Part shown: piece after piece, positions 9,420 through 20,290 of the stretch
Numbering within the stretch: the first letter of the stretch is position 1
How the letters are laid out: the number at the start of each line of letters is the position of its first letter
NCBI RefSeq assembly: GCF_001194135.2
Contig: NC_068985.1
Location: forward strand, 3,468,619 to 3,502,249
Length of the DNA stretch: 33,631 nucleotides
Reading direction: 5' to 3'
Source of the DNA: Octopus bimaculoides
Lineage: Eukaryota
Translations under genes and position numbers: made by a program
The notes under the pieces: model-generated
The model's database searches: none
Told to the model about the DNA's origin: nothing
What the model saw: only the letters and a program-made list of their open reading frames with translations

Positions 9420-11097
9420 AAATTGATACATGTCCAGCTGGAAAAATATAAATGGTTTTGGTTCGGTTTCTGGACGTGTAAAGCTTCCTCCGATCATACC
9501 AATTTCTATGATTAGTGGAACTGCATTTTACACGCCCGGTAGGACTGCGTGAGGCCAGTGCATCGAATAAGGGAGTACAAAAGCCTTGAAAACCTGCTCA
9601 GGAATTTTCAAATGTCTGCCAGGCACCTATTTGATTCCACTGATGTGCAAGCGTAGATATAGAACTCCACGACAGTGGGTCATCCAGATCATATCTAGAT
9701 GGAATGTTTGTGCGGTCAGTGGATAGGAAAAGTGTTGGATGTCAACAGTTGCTACACAAACCAACAAATTTGTAACCTAACTGGTCAACTTAGAGAGGAC
9801 CCATAGACTGGGACTCGCGATTACTGAAAGTTGATTGTGTAGTTATTGTATGCAAAAACTATAGGGAAGCGAGTTAAGAGAATTAGATAAGGCAACAATC
9901 GTCAAGAACCGGCAGAGGTGCATCCTGCGTGTACGGACAGGATGCCGAGTGCACTTTTGCCGTAGGACAAAAAGCTGAATCCAAGAAACCGAATGAACAC
10001 AATAAAAAGAACAACAAAAAAACATTCCTAGTTATGTCCGTTCAGCATTGTGTCCGTTCGGCTTTATGGCCGTTCGACATTGTGTCCGTTCGGCATTTTG
10101 TCAGTTCGGCTTCTTGGCTTGGGCTTGTCCTTCGACAAAAGTGCATTCGGCATCCCGTCCGTGTACCGCATCCTGAAGTGGGCAATTAGATCATAATCAA
10201 CGTTTAGCAAAGAGCTAGCGATTGAGGTAGGTGGTGATGGTGGTGGGGACTAGTTGGCAATTTTGAAGGGATGATTAATAAAGGCGTAACAAGCAACATG
10301 TTTGCGGAACGGTTGGCCTCTGACCGTTTCTTCAGTACAAAAGTCGTGCGCTGCGTTGTCAGAACTAAGGCCTCTTTTCTAAAATTCTTGACCAGTGCAA
10401 GCTACATGGTTTCAAACAGATGTGTTCCGTTTTCCGACGTCACTTCATGCAACTGTTCGGCGTAGGCGGTGGGTCGAGGACAAGAACATTAATGCTTACT
10501 CCAGTAGCCGGCCACAGTTCTCGGAAGAATACGCGAAGTTCTGCGTGAAGCTGATAACTGCAGCTGAAATATGGAAGGAAGGCAATGAACAGTTGCTGAT
10601 GGCACAAATCGTACGGGTTGGATGGTTTTTAAATTTTGCGAATTCATGCCAGACTTGTTATGTGAATCCGTGGTAGAAGAACGGGAGAATTTCTAGTGCT
10701 GTGAGCCAGGAAAAGACGCCGATAAGGAGTACAAAGAGACGAAATAGACAATTTTTGATACATAACTCTGCCAAACACAGATTTTACGATTTTAGTCAAG
10801 GTGTTAGCAAAAGGGTTGATGGTTATCGTCAGTTGATCTGGTTGGGGAAACGCAAACGTGCACGATCAAAGCAGGTTCATTCGCAACAACCTCCACGTAA
10901 TGCAATACATCAAAAACAGGGTTGAAGACAAAAATAGCTTCGAATGGGTCCTGATCAATTTCGATCAGTCAAAAGCTTTTGATTAAGTCAACCTTGTTTC
11001 CAAGAAACAAGGTTAGCCCAATTGAGTTTGGATCCGCATTCAAAGGCGGGATCGCTGCAATGCTCAACGTCACCTGCTCAATAGTTTTGTTATTGTT
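9420..11097 (+). mobile_element. Degraded L1/Tx1-clade LINE ORF2 (end of endonuclease to RT motif A)
   Basis: Frameshifted, stop-ridden translation: D*WNCILHAR (~9510), SYLDGMFVR (~9690), ITAAEI (~10555), W*KNGRISSAVS (~10670), DNF*YITLPNTDFTILVKVLAK (~10750), RFIRNNLHVMQYI...LINFDQSKAFD*VN (~10870-10995), FGSAFKGGIAAM (~11030). Confidence 0.85.
9928..10167. mobile_element. MITE (240 bp) with ~70-bp TIRs and 8-bp TSD, nested in the L1/Tx1 fossil
   Basis: Exact TSD GCATCCTG at 9920-9927 and 10168-10175. Ends (C/G)GT(G/A)(T/C)ACGGAC(A/G)GGATGCCGA(G/A)TGCACTTTTG are inverted copies. Internal ~15-bp tandem units (TGTCCGTTCGGC...). Confidence 0.85.
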
Positions 11098-11104
11098 AAA
11101 ATGA

Positions 11105-11560
11105 TGCATGCTTTTTTATCGGCAAGAATTTCGATTTTATCTGTCTATTTTCGCGCACTGCTCGTTGTGTATGGTCTCACTGTTACCTTTACAGCCAATG
11201 CAACATGGTGTCTGTGAATTATGAAGTCCGAATTTTCTACTTACAGAGGACAGACGTGGGTATATGATTGCACCAATCCCCTTTATCATATTCCTTACTA
11301 AATCTATTCCTCTATGTGTCATCGGACTTCTCCTCAAAGAGATTGAAGGCGGCATCAACGGAGCTGTAGATTTCAAACAAGATGCGGATCTCTTCGACAT
11401 CAGAATGCTCCTCGCAAACCTCAAAGTCTTGCAGAAAGCGGATTTTGGAGCTGCAATTTGCAGACGACTCTGCACGTGTGATCTATATTCAGCAGGATGT
11501 TACAGAACGAGTGTAAAACAGGAGGTGTATGACTAACGACTCCTCAACAAAAGGTGTCAC
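11105..11560 (+). mobile_element. Degraded RTE-clade LINE RT fragment
   Basis: RRGYMIAPIPFIIFL...DFKQDADLFDIRMLLANLKV, then after a frameshift ILELQFADDS. This resembles RTE/BovB-like QGCVLAPTLF...DGKLFNLRRL...ELLFADD. It may continue, highly decayed, toward ~12400. Confidence 0.75.
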
Positions 11561-11813
11561 TGTTCTGTCTACTTGCTTTTGCGACTCTCAATGTCATCAT
11601 ATTTAAATTTTGGAGCATTGAACTGTTTCCCTGCCCCACTACACACCGTGAGAATCACCAGTCATAACATTTGCCCCACAATCAAATACTTGTAAATATC
11701 AAGTGAGGAAATAACGAGGTCATTGAACCCTGAGTATCAACTGTAATAACTGGGGCAAGTGATAAGGATGCCCCTGTGTCAGACGCCTTGTAGAATAGAA
11801 TGCTACCAATTAC

Positions 11814-12049
11814 AATAAGGCGGCATGCCGGCAGAAACGTTAGCACGCCGGGCGAAATGCTTAGCGGTACTTCGTCTGCCGTTACGTTCTGAGTTCAAAT
11901 TCCGCTGAGGTTGACTTTGCCTTTCATCCTTTCGGGGTCAATAAATTAAGTACCAGTTACGCACTGGGGTGAATGTAATCGACTTAATCCGTTTATCTGC
12001 CCTTGTTTGTCCCCTCTATGTTTAGTCCCTTGTGGGCAATAAAGAAATA
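11814..12049 (+). mobile_element. Family A SINE with 17-bp TSD and variant 3' tail
   Basis: TSD AGAATGCTACCAATTAC at 11797-11813 and 12050-12066; same head and core as the 3599 copy. Confidence 0.9.
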
Positions 12050-12414
12050 AGAATGCTACCAATTACGAGGACAAACAAGCGATATGAAGAAGAAGCTTTG
12101 AGGAAGAACAAAATTAAACTCAAGTCCTGAAGGCTGATGATGTCGATCCATACTACTGAGCGGTTGCTGTACAGGAATGGAGTTCTTGTGCGAACCAGGA
12201 GATATGCAGCCATATTGGTCACGATTACTAGCGACTTAACTTCCACATATACGTGCCTCACATGTAACGTAGCTTGAAGATCCACGCAGTTTCGCCATTA
12301 ATGAACTCATCAGTTCAATAATGAACATCGTCGTCATTAGGTTTCGGTGAACAATCAGGAACAAAGGAGCTTACAGAAAAATCTAGACTTTTGCTAAGAG
12401 TCCAGGAAACGACC

Positions 12415-12662
12415 ATCCTCATACATACATACATTCATACATACCTACATACATACGCATATACGTACGTACATATATCTATACATAGATACATAGATAC
12501 ATACATAGATACATACATACACACATACGTACGTACATACATACATACATACAGACACATATATACGTACATACATGCATACATACACATACAAGCATAC
12601 ACACATATATACGTACATACATGCATACAAACATACATACTTACATACATATATACATGCAT
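12415..12662. repeat. (TACA)n tract
   Basis: Seen directly. Confidence 0.95.
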
Positions 12663-12664
12663 AC

Positions 12665-12966
12665 CTTTTACTTGTTTCATTCATTAGACTGCGGCCATGC
12701 TGGGGCGTCGCCTTGAAGAACTTTTAGTAGAACGAATTGGACCCAGTACTTAATCTTTTCAACCCTGGTACTTATCCTATCGGTCTATTTTGCCGAACCG
12801 CAAATTCATGCATCCGTAAACATACCAACACCGGTTGTCAAGCGGTGGTGGGGGACAAACGAAGAGGACTACACACACACACACATACGACGGGCTTCTT
12901 TCAGTTTTCTCCTACCAAATCCACTCGCAACACACCCACCTCGGTTGTCAAGCGATGGTGGGGGGA

Positions 12967-13014
<48 letters not shown>

Positions 13015-13208
13015 ACACATATATATATATATATAAATATATATATATAGATACAACGGGCTTCTTTCGGTTTCCGTCTACCAAATCCACTGACAAGGCT
13101 TTGGTCGGCCCGAGGCTATAGTAGAAGACACTTGCCCAAGGTGCCACACAGTGAGACTGAACCCAGAACCATCTGGTTGGTAAGCAAGTTACTTCCCACA
13201 CAGTCACT
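12665..13208 (-). mobile_element. Family B SINE with internal duplication
   Basis: Reverse-complement copy; segment CGGTTGTCAAGCG.TGGTGGGGGACAAAC-(CA)n-ACGGGCTTCTTTC.GTTT...CTACCAAATCCACT occurs twice. Confidence 0.85.
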
Positions 13209-14324
13209 CCTACGGCTACGTGTAGATTCTGTATAACATTATGTCTGGGTTGCTGTAAAGTTAAATGCCTTGGTCATAGACACAACACAATGTCGATAAT
13301 ATGAGCCACAAAACTTCCGGTTGTAGTTAAGCGAATCCGCGTCTTCTCCACTCCATCCGCAACAAATACCATTACACTCTCTGTTACTGCATTAGAACTA
13401 TTACCACCCTCATATTACTAACCTCATAATGATACTTATTATGTTTGGAAGTTGGGGAATCCTTCACTGTTTGGATAAACTACACAAAAACTGTCTAAAC
13501 TAGGATTAGAAACCGGGCTGCTGGTTCGTCTTATTTCGTATCGGAGAGCCGAGCTACCGTTTACTTAGTTGTGCGCACTTTATTTACATATTTACAGTAA
13601 ACAAAAATAACTGAAATTCCTTAAAAGGGGATCAATAATTTATTATTGGGTATCGATTCCTGGAATATGTCATCAGCCGTGGCTTCGCAACAGCTGGCTA
13701 TTTGAAGGACAAGCAATAAATAACATTACACGGCGACAATTCTACGCTGTAAACAACTACAGCCTGTATGTGTGTGTGTGTGTGTGTGTGTGTGGTTGCA
13801 TGTGATAGGAGAGGACGTGACAAGGACAATGTCAATGACTCATAATTTAATTTGGTTCAAAGCATTTCTAACGATAATAGGCACACCTACACAAAAGGGC
13901 CTCCGAATTTGTTTCCTCATAACTTCCAAAAGAATAAACATTTTCATATAAAATTTTCTATAAATACTCTTCAGATGATGTAGATTTCGATTGCATCGAA
14001 ATTTGTTATGAACACTTCTTCCAGGAGTTGGGAGTGGAGCTTCGGGAAAATCACACGTGTTAGCTTTGTTTCCTTGTGACTTTCTGAAAAATGCGCGTTT
14101 TAACGAAATTTTTCCACAAATATATTTCAGAGCGTGTAAATTACAATTATTTCGGAGCTTAATATGGAAAAAATTTAGTAGTTTTACACACAGACATAAT
14201 GATACACACCACATTATATATTTACAAAATGAAACTAGAAATTTCGAAAATATATCGCGATATGTGTCAGTATGCACATGTGTGTTCTCATCATTTTCGC
14301 TTTTTCATATTATATTCTGATATA

Positions 14325-14540
14325 CGAGAGAGTGCTGAAAGTTTCCAACCTTGAGTGAAAGAAAATGCAGTGGGATCAATTAATTATGATTTTATTCAAG
14401 ATATTCCCCTCTCAGATTCACACATTTATTGCAGCGGTCCTTCGGATTTTGTAAGCCCAGTAAAATAATTCGGAAGAGTGGGCCTCTAACTAGACCTTTC
14501 CCGATACCCTTAAAACCAGGAACTTTTCCGCACTTCCTCG
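14325..14540. mobile_element. Mariner-type MITE
   Basis: TA|CGAGAGAGTGCTGAAAAGTTTCC ... CCAGGAACTTTTCCGCACTTCCTCG|TA; TA duplications at 14323-14324 and 14541-14542. Confidence 0.8.
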
Positions 14541-14939
14541 TAATTTGTTGAAAATTTCATTAAAACATACCCATTTTTCTGAAAGTTATGAGGAAACAAA
14601 TTTGGTGACGGATGGGCACACTTGTGTAGTAGTAAAAAACTGATTTCTAAAATACTCCACATCTGAATGAATATGTTAAACTTAACGAAATTTGAATCGG
14701 AAGTTTAAAGGTTCTAACCAAATGACTTCTCGTTTCTCCCTTCAATCGATTTTGCAATAAAATAATCGTTTCTAACAAGGGCAAAAAACCTGAAATTTCG
14801 AAGAGGGTTTATCGATTACATTGATCTTAGTTCCCAATTGCTTCTTTATTTAATCGAATCTTGAAGGATGAAAGGAAAAGTTGACTTTGACGGGATTCGA
14901 ACTTAGAACGTTAATGAAAAGTAGCTGAATATTCAAAGC

Positions 14940-15196
14940 CTGTGATTCTCAATCGGGGTCCATATGATCCTAGCGGGTTCATATAAAGTTTTGTTTATGA
15001 AGTTTTTTTTTTGACAAGAAATGGATAAAAATGATGGACAATTAATTAGTTACACTTCTACAAAACACTAAATATTTTAACATTTTTTAAATACAATTCC
15101 TATCAATATTTAATTATAAAAATATTTTTATAGGATTTTCTTAAACATCGAATGGCTATGGAGGTTCAGTAGAGAGAAAATGGTTGAGAACCACTA
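14940..15196. mobile_element. hAT-type MITE (family also at ~28385-28540 and ~30100-30206)
   Basis: Ends CTGTGATTCTCAATCGGGGTCCATA ... GGTTGAGAACCACTA. Shared CGAATGGCTATGG...TTGAGAACC right arm in all three copies. TSD is decayed. Confidence 0.6.
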
Positions 15197-15313
15197 CTCT
15201 AAATGATTTCATTCGAAGAACTGTCGATTCCGATATTCAAATAACGGGGCATTTTTAAAAATTGGTTATTCCGAGTAATCTAAGTCGATGTATGGTGTCA
15301 GAGGAACGGTGTG

Positions 15314-15385
15314 TGATGCAATTATTAACACTGCATGAGGCAATAGCAGCTATGGTATCATAAATCAATTTGTGGAATTTCATCA
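15314..15385. promoter_or_regulatory. Cluster of ATF4-C/EBP (CARE/AARE) motifs
   Basis: TGATGCAAT 15314-15322, TGAGGCAAT 15336-15344 (1 mismatch) and ATTTCATCA 15377-15385 (TGATGAAAT on minus). Confidence 0.45.
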
Positions 15386-15485
15386 TCATGTGTAATGTCG
15401 ACACGTCAGTATAGCTTAGCTGTCAATCCCTCTGAATTTTATGAGATTACCGCTGTGTGGGATAATAGCGAGTGATCTAAATTTA

Positions 15486-15793
15486 GTGAAGGCACGTGGC
15501 CTCGTGGCAGAGGTATTCAGCTCCCGATCTAAAGGCAGTGATTTCGGTTCCAGGCGGTGCGTTTTCCCCTCGAGTAAGATATTTTATTTCACATTTCCCC
15601 CGTCCACTCAACTGGGGGGGGGGGGGAAACGACCAACGGTACTTGTATTTCAAAGGGTCAGCCTTGTCACATTCTGTGTCACGCTGAATTTCCCTCAGAA
15701 CTATGGAAAGGGTAGTCGTGCCTGTGGAGTGCTCAACCACTTGTACATTAATTTCACGATCGGATCAGCTGGAACCTTCGTCGTCGATGTTAG
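15486..15793 (+). mobile_element. Family C-related SINE (same 3' body as 21054-21250)
   Basis: GTGAAGGCACGTGGCC head; CAGCCTTGTCACATTCTGTGTCACGCTGAAT...GTGGAGTGCTCAACCACTTG...GATCGGATCAGCTGGAACC body. Confidence 0.8.
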
Positions 15794-16218
15794 TTAATCT
15801 AAATCTCATTAAGTATCTGCCATCTCGAAACCGTAGGCCGTCCATAACACCAAGCATATATAGTGACGTAGATAAGGGTACGGTGTCAGTGGTTAAACGG
15901 AAATGTGGAGACAGAGCTTCGACCCTAATAGGGGTTTGAGGTTCTTTACTAACGACTGCGCAGAAAATCTTTTATTTGTTTCAGTCATTAGGCTGAAGCC
16001 CATGCAGGAGCCTTGGTGTAAATTAATCGAATGAAACCCTTCCACACATTGCCCCAGCGTGGTCGCAGTCAGCGGACCGAAACAGTTAAAAGGTAAAAAA
16101 AAAAGATAACTTTATCTCCTCCGATTTCCACCGTTAAAACGATATTCTTCACATCTGTTGGAGTTTGTGAAAAATAGAGAATTCTTATAATGAATGTATA
16201 AAGTGTATGTGTGTGCTG

Positions 16219-16254
<36 letters not shown>

Positions 16255-16860
16255 NNNNNNNNNNNNNNNNNNNNNNNNNNNNNNNNNNNNNNNNNNNNNN
16301 NNNNNNNNNNNNNNNNNNNNNNNNNNNNNNNNNNNNNNNNNNNNNNNNNNNNNNNNNNNNNNNNNNNNNNNNNNNNNNNNNNNNNNNNNNNNNNNNNNNN
16401 NNNNNNNNNNNNNNNNNNNNNNNNNNNNNNNNNNNNNNNNNNNNNNNNNNNNNNNNNNNNNNNNNNNNNNNNNNNNNNNNNNNNNNNNNNNNNNNNNNNN
16501 NNNNNNNNNNNNNNNNNNNNNNNNNNNNNNNNNNNNNNNNNNNNNNNNNNNNNNNNNNNNNNNNNNNNNNNNNNNNNNNNNNNNNNNNNNNNNNNNNNNN
16601 NNNNNNNNNNNNNNNNNNNNNNNNNNNNNNNNNNNNNNNNNNNNNNNNNNNNNNNNNNNNNNNNNNNNNNNNNNNNNNNNNNNNNNNNNNNNNNNNNNNN
16701 NNNNNNNNNNNNNNNNNNNNNNNNNNNNNNNNNNNNNNNNNNNNNNNNNNNNNNNNNNNNNNNNNNNNNNNNNNNNNNNNNNNNNNNNNNNNNNNNNNNN
16801 NNNNNNNNNNNNNGTGTGTGTATTTATGTATGTATTTATGTATGTATGTATGTATGCATA

Positions 16861-17736
16861 CCGGGTGGGTGAAACGTAAGTAGGCATTAACAATAGGTAA
16901 TAAAATCCGTATTCTTTTTACAAATCTATTGAAACAAATGATATATGTCTTTTTATTACATGGCAAAATGAAAGTAAATCTTCATATTTCAACGTAAGCA
17001 CCGGTGGTGCCAACCAGTTTCCTCATACGGCCAGGGATGGAATGAACAACCTTCTGAAAGACGTTGTCTGGGATATCATTGAGAACCTCCTGAATCTGTG
17101 TCTCCAAGTCCTCCAGTGTGCAAGGTTTTGTCTTGTACACCTCTTTTGTGCAAACCCACAGGTAAAAATCACATGGAGTGAGATCTGGACTTCTTGGAGT
17201 TATGGACTTCTGCAGTCATAGTCCTCAGGTTTTAGCTCCTGCATGTAATGGGGTTACCACGGACGAAAATTCAATTCTTTATACAACACCGTACTTATGG
17301 TGTGTTTCGTCGGTCCACTTTCACGAGCTGCTTGACGTGTTGATTTTTGTTTGCTGTGATTAAACATTACCTGCACTGTTGCCACGTTCTCCGCTGATCG
17401 AGATGTGGTTGGACGGCCACTTCTTCCTCCCCGTGGTCATCAGCTTTGCATGGCAACTTTTTATTGTCTCCGGACGTACTGTTGCAGGCTTACCTTTCCA
17501 TGCGTGCCATCTCTGAACCAAGACAAAAGAATTCCACATTTCATAGCGTGCTGCTATCTTAGCTCGTTCCTGAACAGTCAAGCGACCGGCCATCGGGATT
17601 ATAAGAAATAAGATAATAAGAAAATAAGAAATCCTCATTAGTTTTGTCTGTTCAAAAAATGTCTTCGTCATGACTTCAGTGATACTAAAAATTCTATAAG
17701 CAATTTCTAATACCTAGTTACTTTCCACCCACCCTG
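16861..17736 (-). mobile_element. Internally deleted Tc1/mariner element (D-type last catalytic motif; rosa/maT-like)
   Basis: TIRs TA|CCGGGTGGGTGAAACGTAAGT and TA|CAGGGTGGGTGGAAAGTAACT (reverse complement). Minus-strand remnant MAGRLTVQERAKIAARYE...TIKSCHAKLMTTG...RSAENVATVQ...STRQAARESG...QELKPEDYDCR, then a jump to PRSPDLTPCDFYLW...YVEI*. Confidence 0.88.
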
Positions 17737-17764
17737 TATATATACATGTTTGTATTTATATTTC

Positions 17765-17850
17765 TCCCCCACTCTCTCTTTCTCTTTCTCTTTCTTTCTC
17801 TTTTTCTCTGTCTCTCTATTTACCTATCTATCTATATCTGCAAACACACA

Positions 17851-17907
<57 letters not shown>

Positions 17908-18045
17908 GGATATGTGTATTGCTGGATACAGACATCTGAATTTCTCATTATGTATGCATGTATGTATGTATGCATGCATGTATGTATGTGTGTGTGAGTG
18001 TATATATACATGTATGTAAGTACGTATGGATACACACACATACAC
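17765..18045. repeat. (TC)n, (CA)n, (TATG)n compound tract
   Basis: Seen directly. Confidence 0.93.
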
Positions 18046-18636
18046 AGATGACTAGGTTTTCTGGTATTGCTATGATTGTTTCGCGAGGAGATGTAAGCAT
18101 AGTGCAGTAAGGTATGCTGCATACAAAACACCCACAAGATTACGTAGTATCTTGTGCGACTCTCAACTCATCAGGTTTACCAAATAAACAAGCGAAGAGC
18201 GAGAAGTTGATTAATCAGAAAAATACATTTCAGAAATGTAAAGTAGGCGGGACTACAAACGACGGAGGTCATAGGTTAAAGAGGTATTTCTACTCCAAAA
18301 ATGTTATTAAACATAGTAACCTTGTTCGTAAGATTTGGTAATGCCAGGCGTGACCCTCGACACTATTGAAACAGGTTCAACGAACAGCTGCTAACGCTGC
18401 TCTGAAAAGAAAGAAAGAAAGAAAACAACATTTGCCGTGTTATATCTGTATACCTTGGCAATGTTGATACCGCTGGTCATTCAGTTGTCTCTACATTGTT
18501 TCGGTTTCGTTAGATGAGAACAAACGAAACCTTATCGTTGGTTATTTAAAACAATTCACCGAAATTTGTTTTTCTTCGGCAAAACAGATTCTCATTTAAC
18601 TGACCTTTTTTTTAATCTTAAAAATGAATAGCTCTC

Positions 18637-18824
18637 ATGACGTCATAATATTGCGCTCGTTCATGCAATAACAATGTTTTTGTAATGTCGACAATTTCAA
18701 TTGATTAAACGTCGCTTGTTTGGTTTCTTTTACAGCCATTTTTGTATGAGTTTTGGTAACGAAAGAATGTGCTTAAAGCGGGAACATTATTTTGATAATC
18801 CAAGGCTAGCTATTATGACGTCAT
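18637..18824. promoter_or_regulatory. Pair of perfect 10-bp CRE palindromes
   Basis: ATGACGTCAT at 18637-18646 and 18815-18824; ATTGCG and TCATGCAAT lie just after the first. Confidence 0.45.
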
Positions 18825-18911
18825 CAGAAGTATTCCTTATGTGATTTGCTATTTTTGCTTCTCGCCAAAAGTCAAGTATCAATGTCTAACATCAACAGAA
18901 GATCACAAATA

Positions 18912-19111
18912 TTGGTTTCAAATTTTGGCACAAGGCCAGCAGTTTCGGAGGAGTGAGTTAGTCGATTACATCGACCTCGGTACACAGCTGGTACTTATTT
19001 TATCGAACCCGAAAGGTTGAAAGGCAAAAACGACCTCGGCAGAATTTGAACTCAAAACGTAAAGACGGACGAAATGACGCTAAGCACTTTGTCCGGCGCG
19101 CCAACGATTCT
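18912..19111 (-). mobile_element. Family A SINE
   Basis: Reverse complement of head, core and GGCCTTGTGCC tail. Confidence 0.8.
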
Positions 19112-19277
19112 GAAAGTTCTCCGTCTTGAGGACCAGAAAAAGGATCAACTGAGTGTAGAAGTATGTGATTGACTGGGGCACATCTCGTGGTCTTGAAGAA
19201 TTTATTGATGCGGCATTAAATTTTGCGAATTGAAGTGAAGTGATGATTGTTATTGATTCATTATTAAAATATGGCAT

Positions 19278-19617
19278 AAGGCGGTGAGCTGGCAGAATCA
19301 TTAGGACGCCGGGCGAAACGCTTAGCGGTATTTCGTCTGTCGCTACGTTCTGGGTTCAAATTCCGACGAGGTCGACTTTGCCTTTCATCCTTTCGGGGTC
19401 AATAAACTAAGTACCAGTCACGCACTGGCGTTGATATAATCGACCTAATCCCTGCCCCCAAATGTTGAGGCCTTGTGCCTATAGTAGAAAGGATTATTAA
19501 AGTAGGGCATCATACAAATGCAGCAAGCTGGCGGAATCGTTAGCACGCCAGGCGAAATGCTTACGGTATTTCGTCCGTCTTTATGTTCAGGGTTCAAATA
19601 CCGCCGAGTTCGACTGT
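19278..19617 (+). mobile_element. Family A SINE, full copy (19278-~19497) plus a 3'-truncated second copy (~19520-19617)
   Basis: Two consecutive heads; the first ends GGCCTTGTGCCTATAGTAGAAAGGATTATTA. Confidence 0.85.
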
Positions 19618-20290
19618 TTTTTTTTGTGTGGATTTTTGTCTTTTAACTTAACGGTTCGACAGAAACCGAGTAGAGGGTGAAAAATGCGCTTATTTTGGTA
19701 GTTTTGACTTGGAGTCCCTCTAAGCGTGAGGCATTATTGTATAGTAATGCCTTTATATAAATTAGATTACATATATTTATGGAAAAAATGATGTTTTTTT
19801 TCCTTATGAGGTTTTTTCACGCTAACTACTTGATAAATTCTTATAAAGCCTTTATCCTAATATTGTATCCTAATATATATATACATATANNNNNNNNNNN
19901 NNNNNNNNNNNNNNNNNNNNNNNNNNNNNNNNNNNNNNNNNNNNNNNNNNNNNNNNNNNNNNNNNNNNNNNNNNNNNNNNNNNNNNNNNNNNNNNNNNNN
20001 NNNNNNNNNNNNNNNNNNNNNNNNNNNNNNNNNNNNNNNNNNNNNNNNNNNNNNNNNNNNNNNNNNNNNGTACCAATTAATATCGTGCGCAGAAAAAAAT
20101 GTATAAAATGTATTCTGATCCTAACTTAACGTAGATGTTGTGTTAAAACATAGAAAAATGGTCTCCGCGGCTATTTGCAACACCAGTACCTGGACATCTG
20201 TTCCCGAGGAACCCGTAGCAGTTTGAATTCACGTGACCTGGCAGTTCTGGCGGCCATAGCAGACGGTTCTGGTCTGTAGACAATATAATC

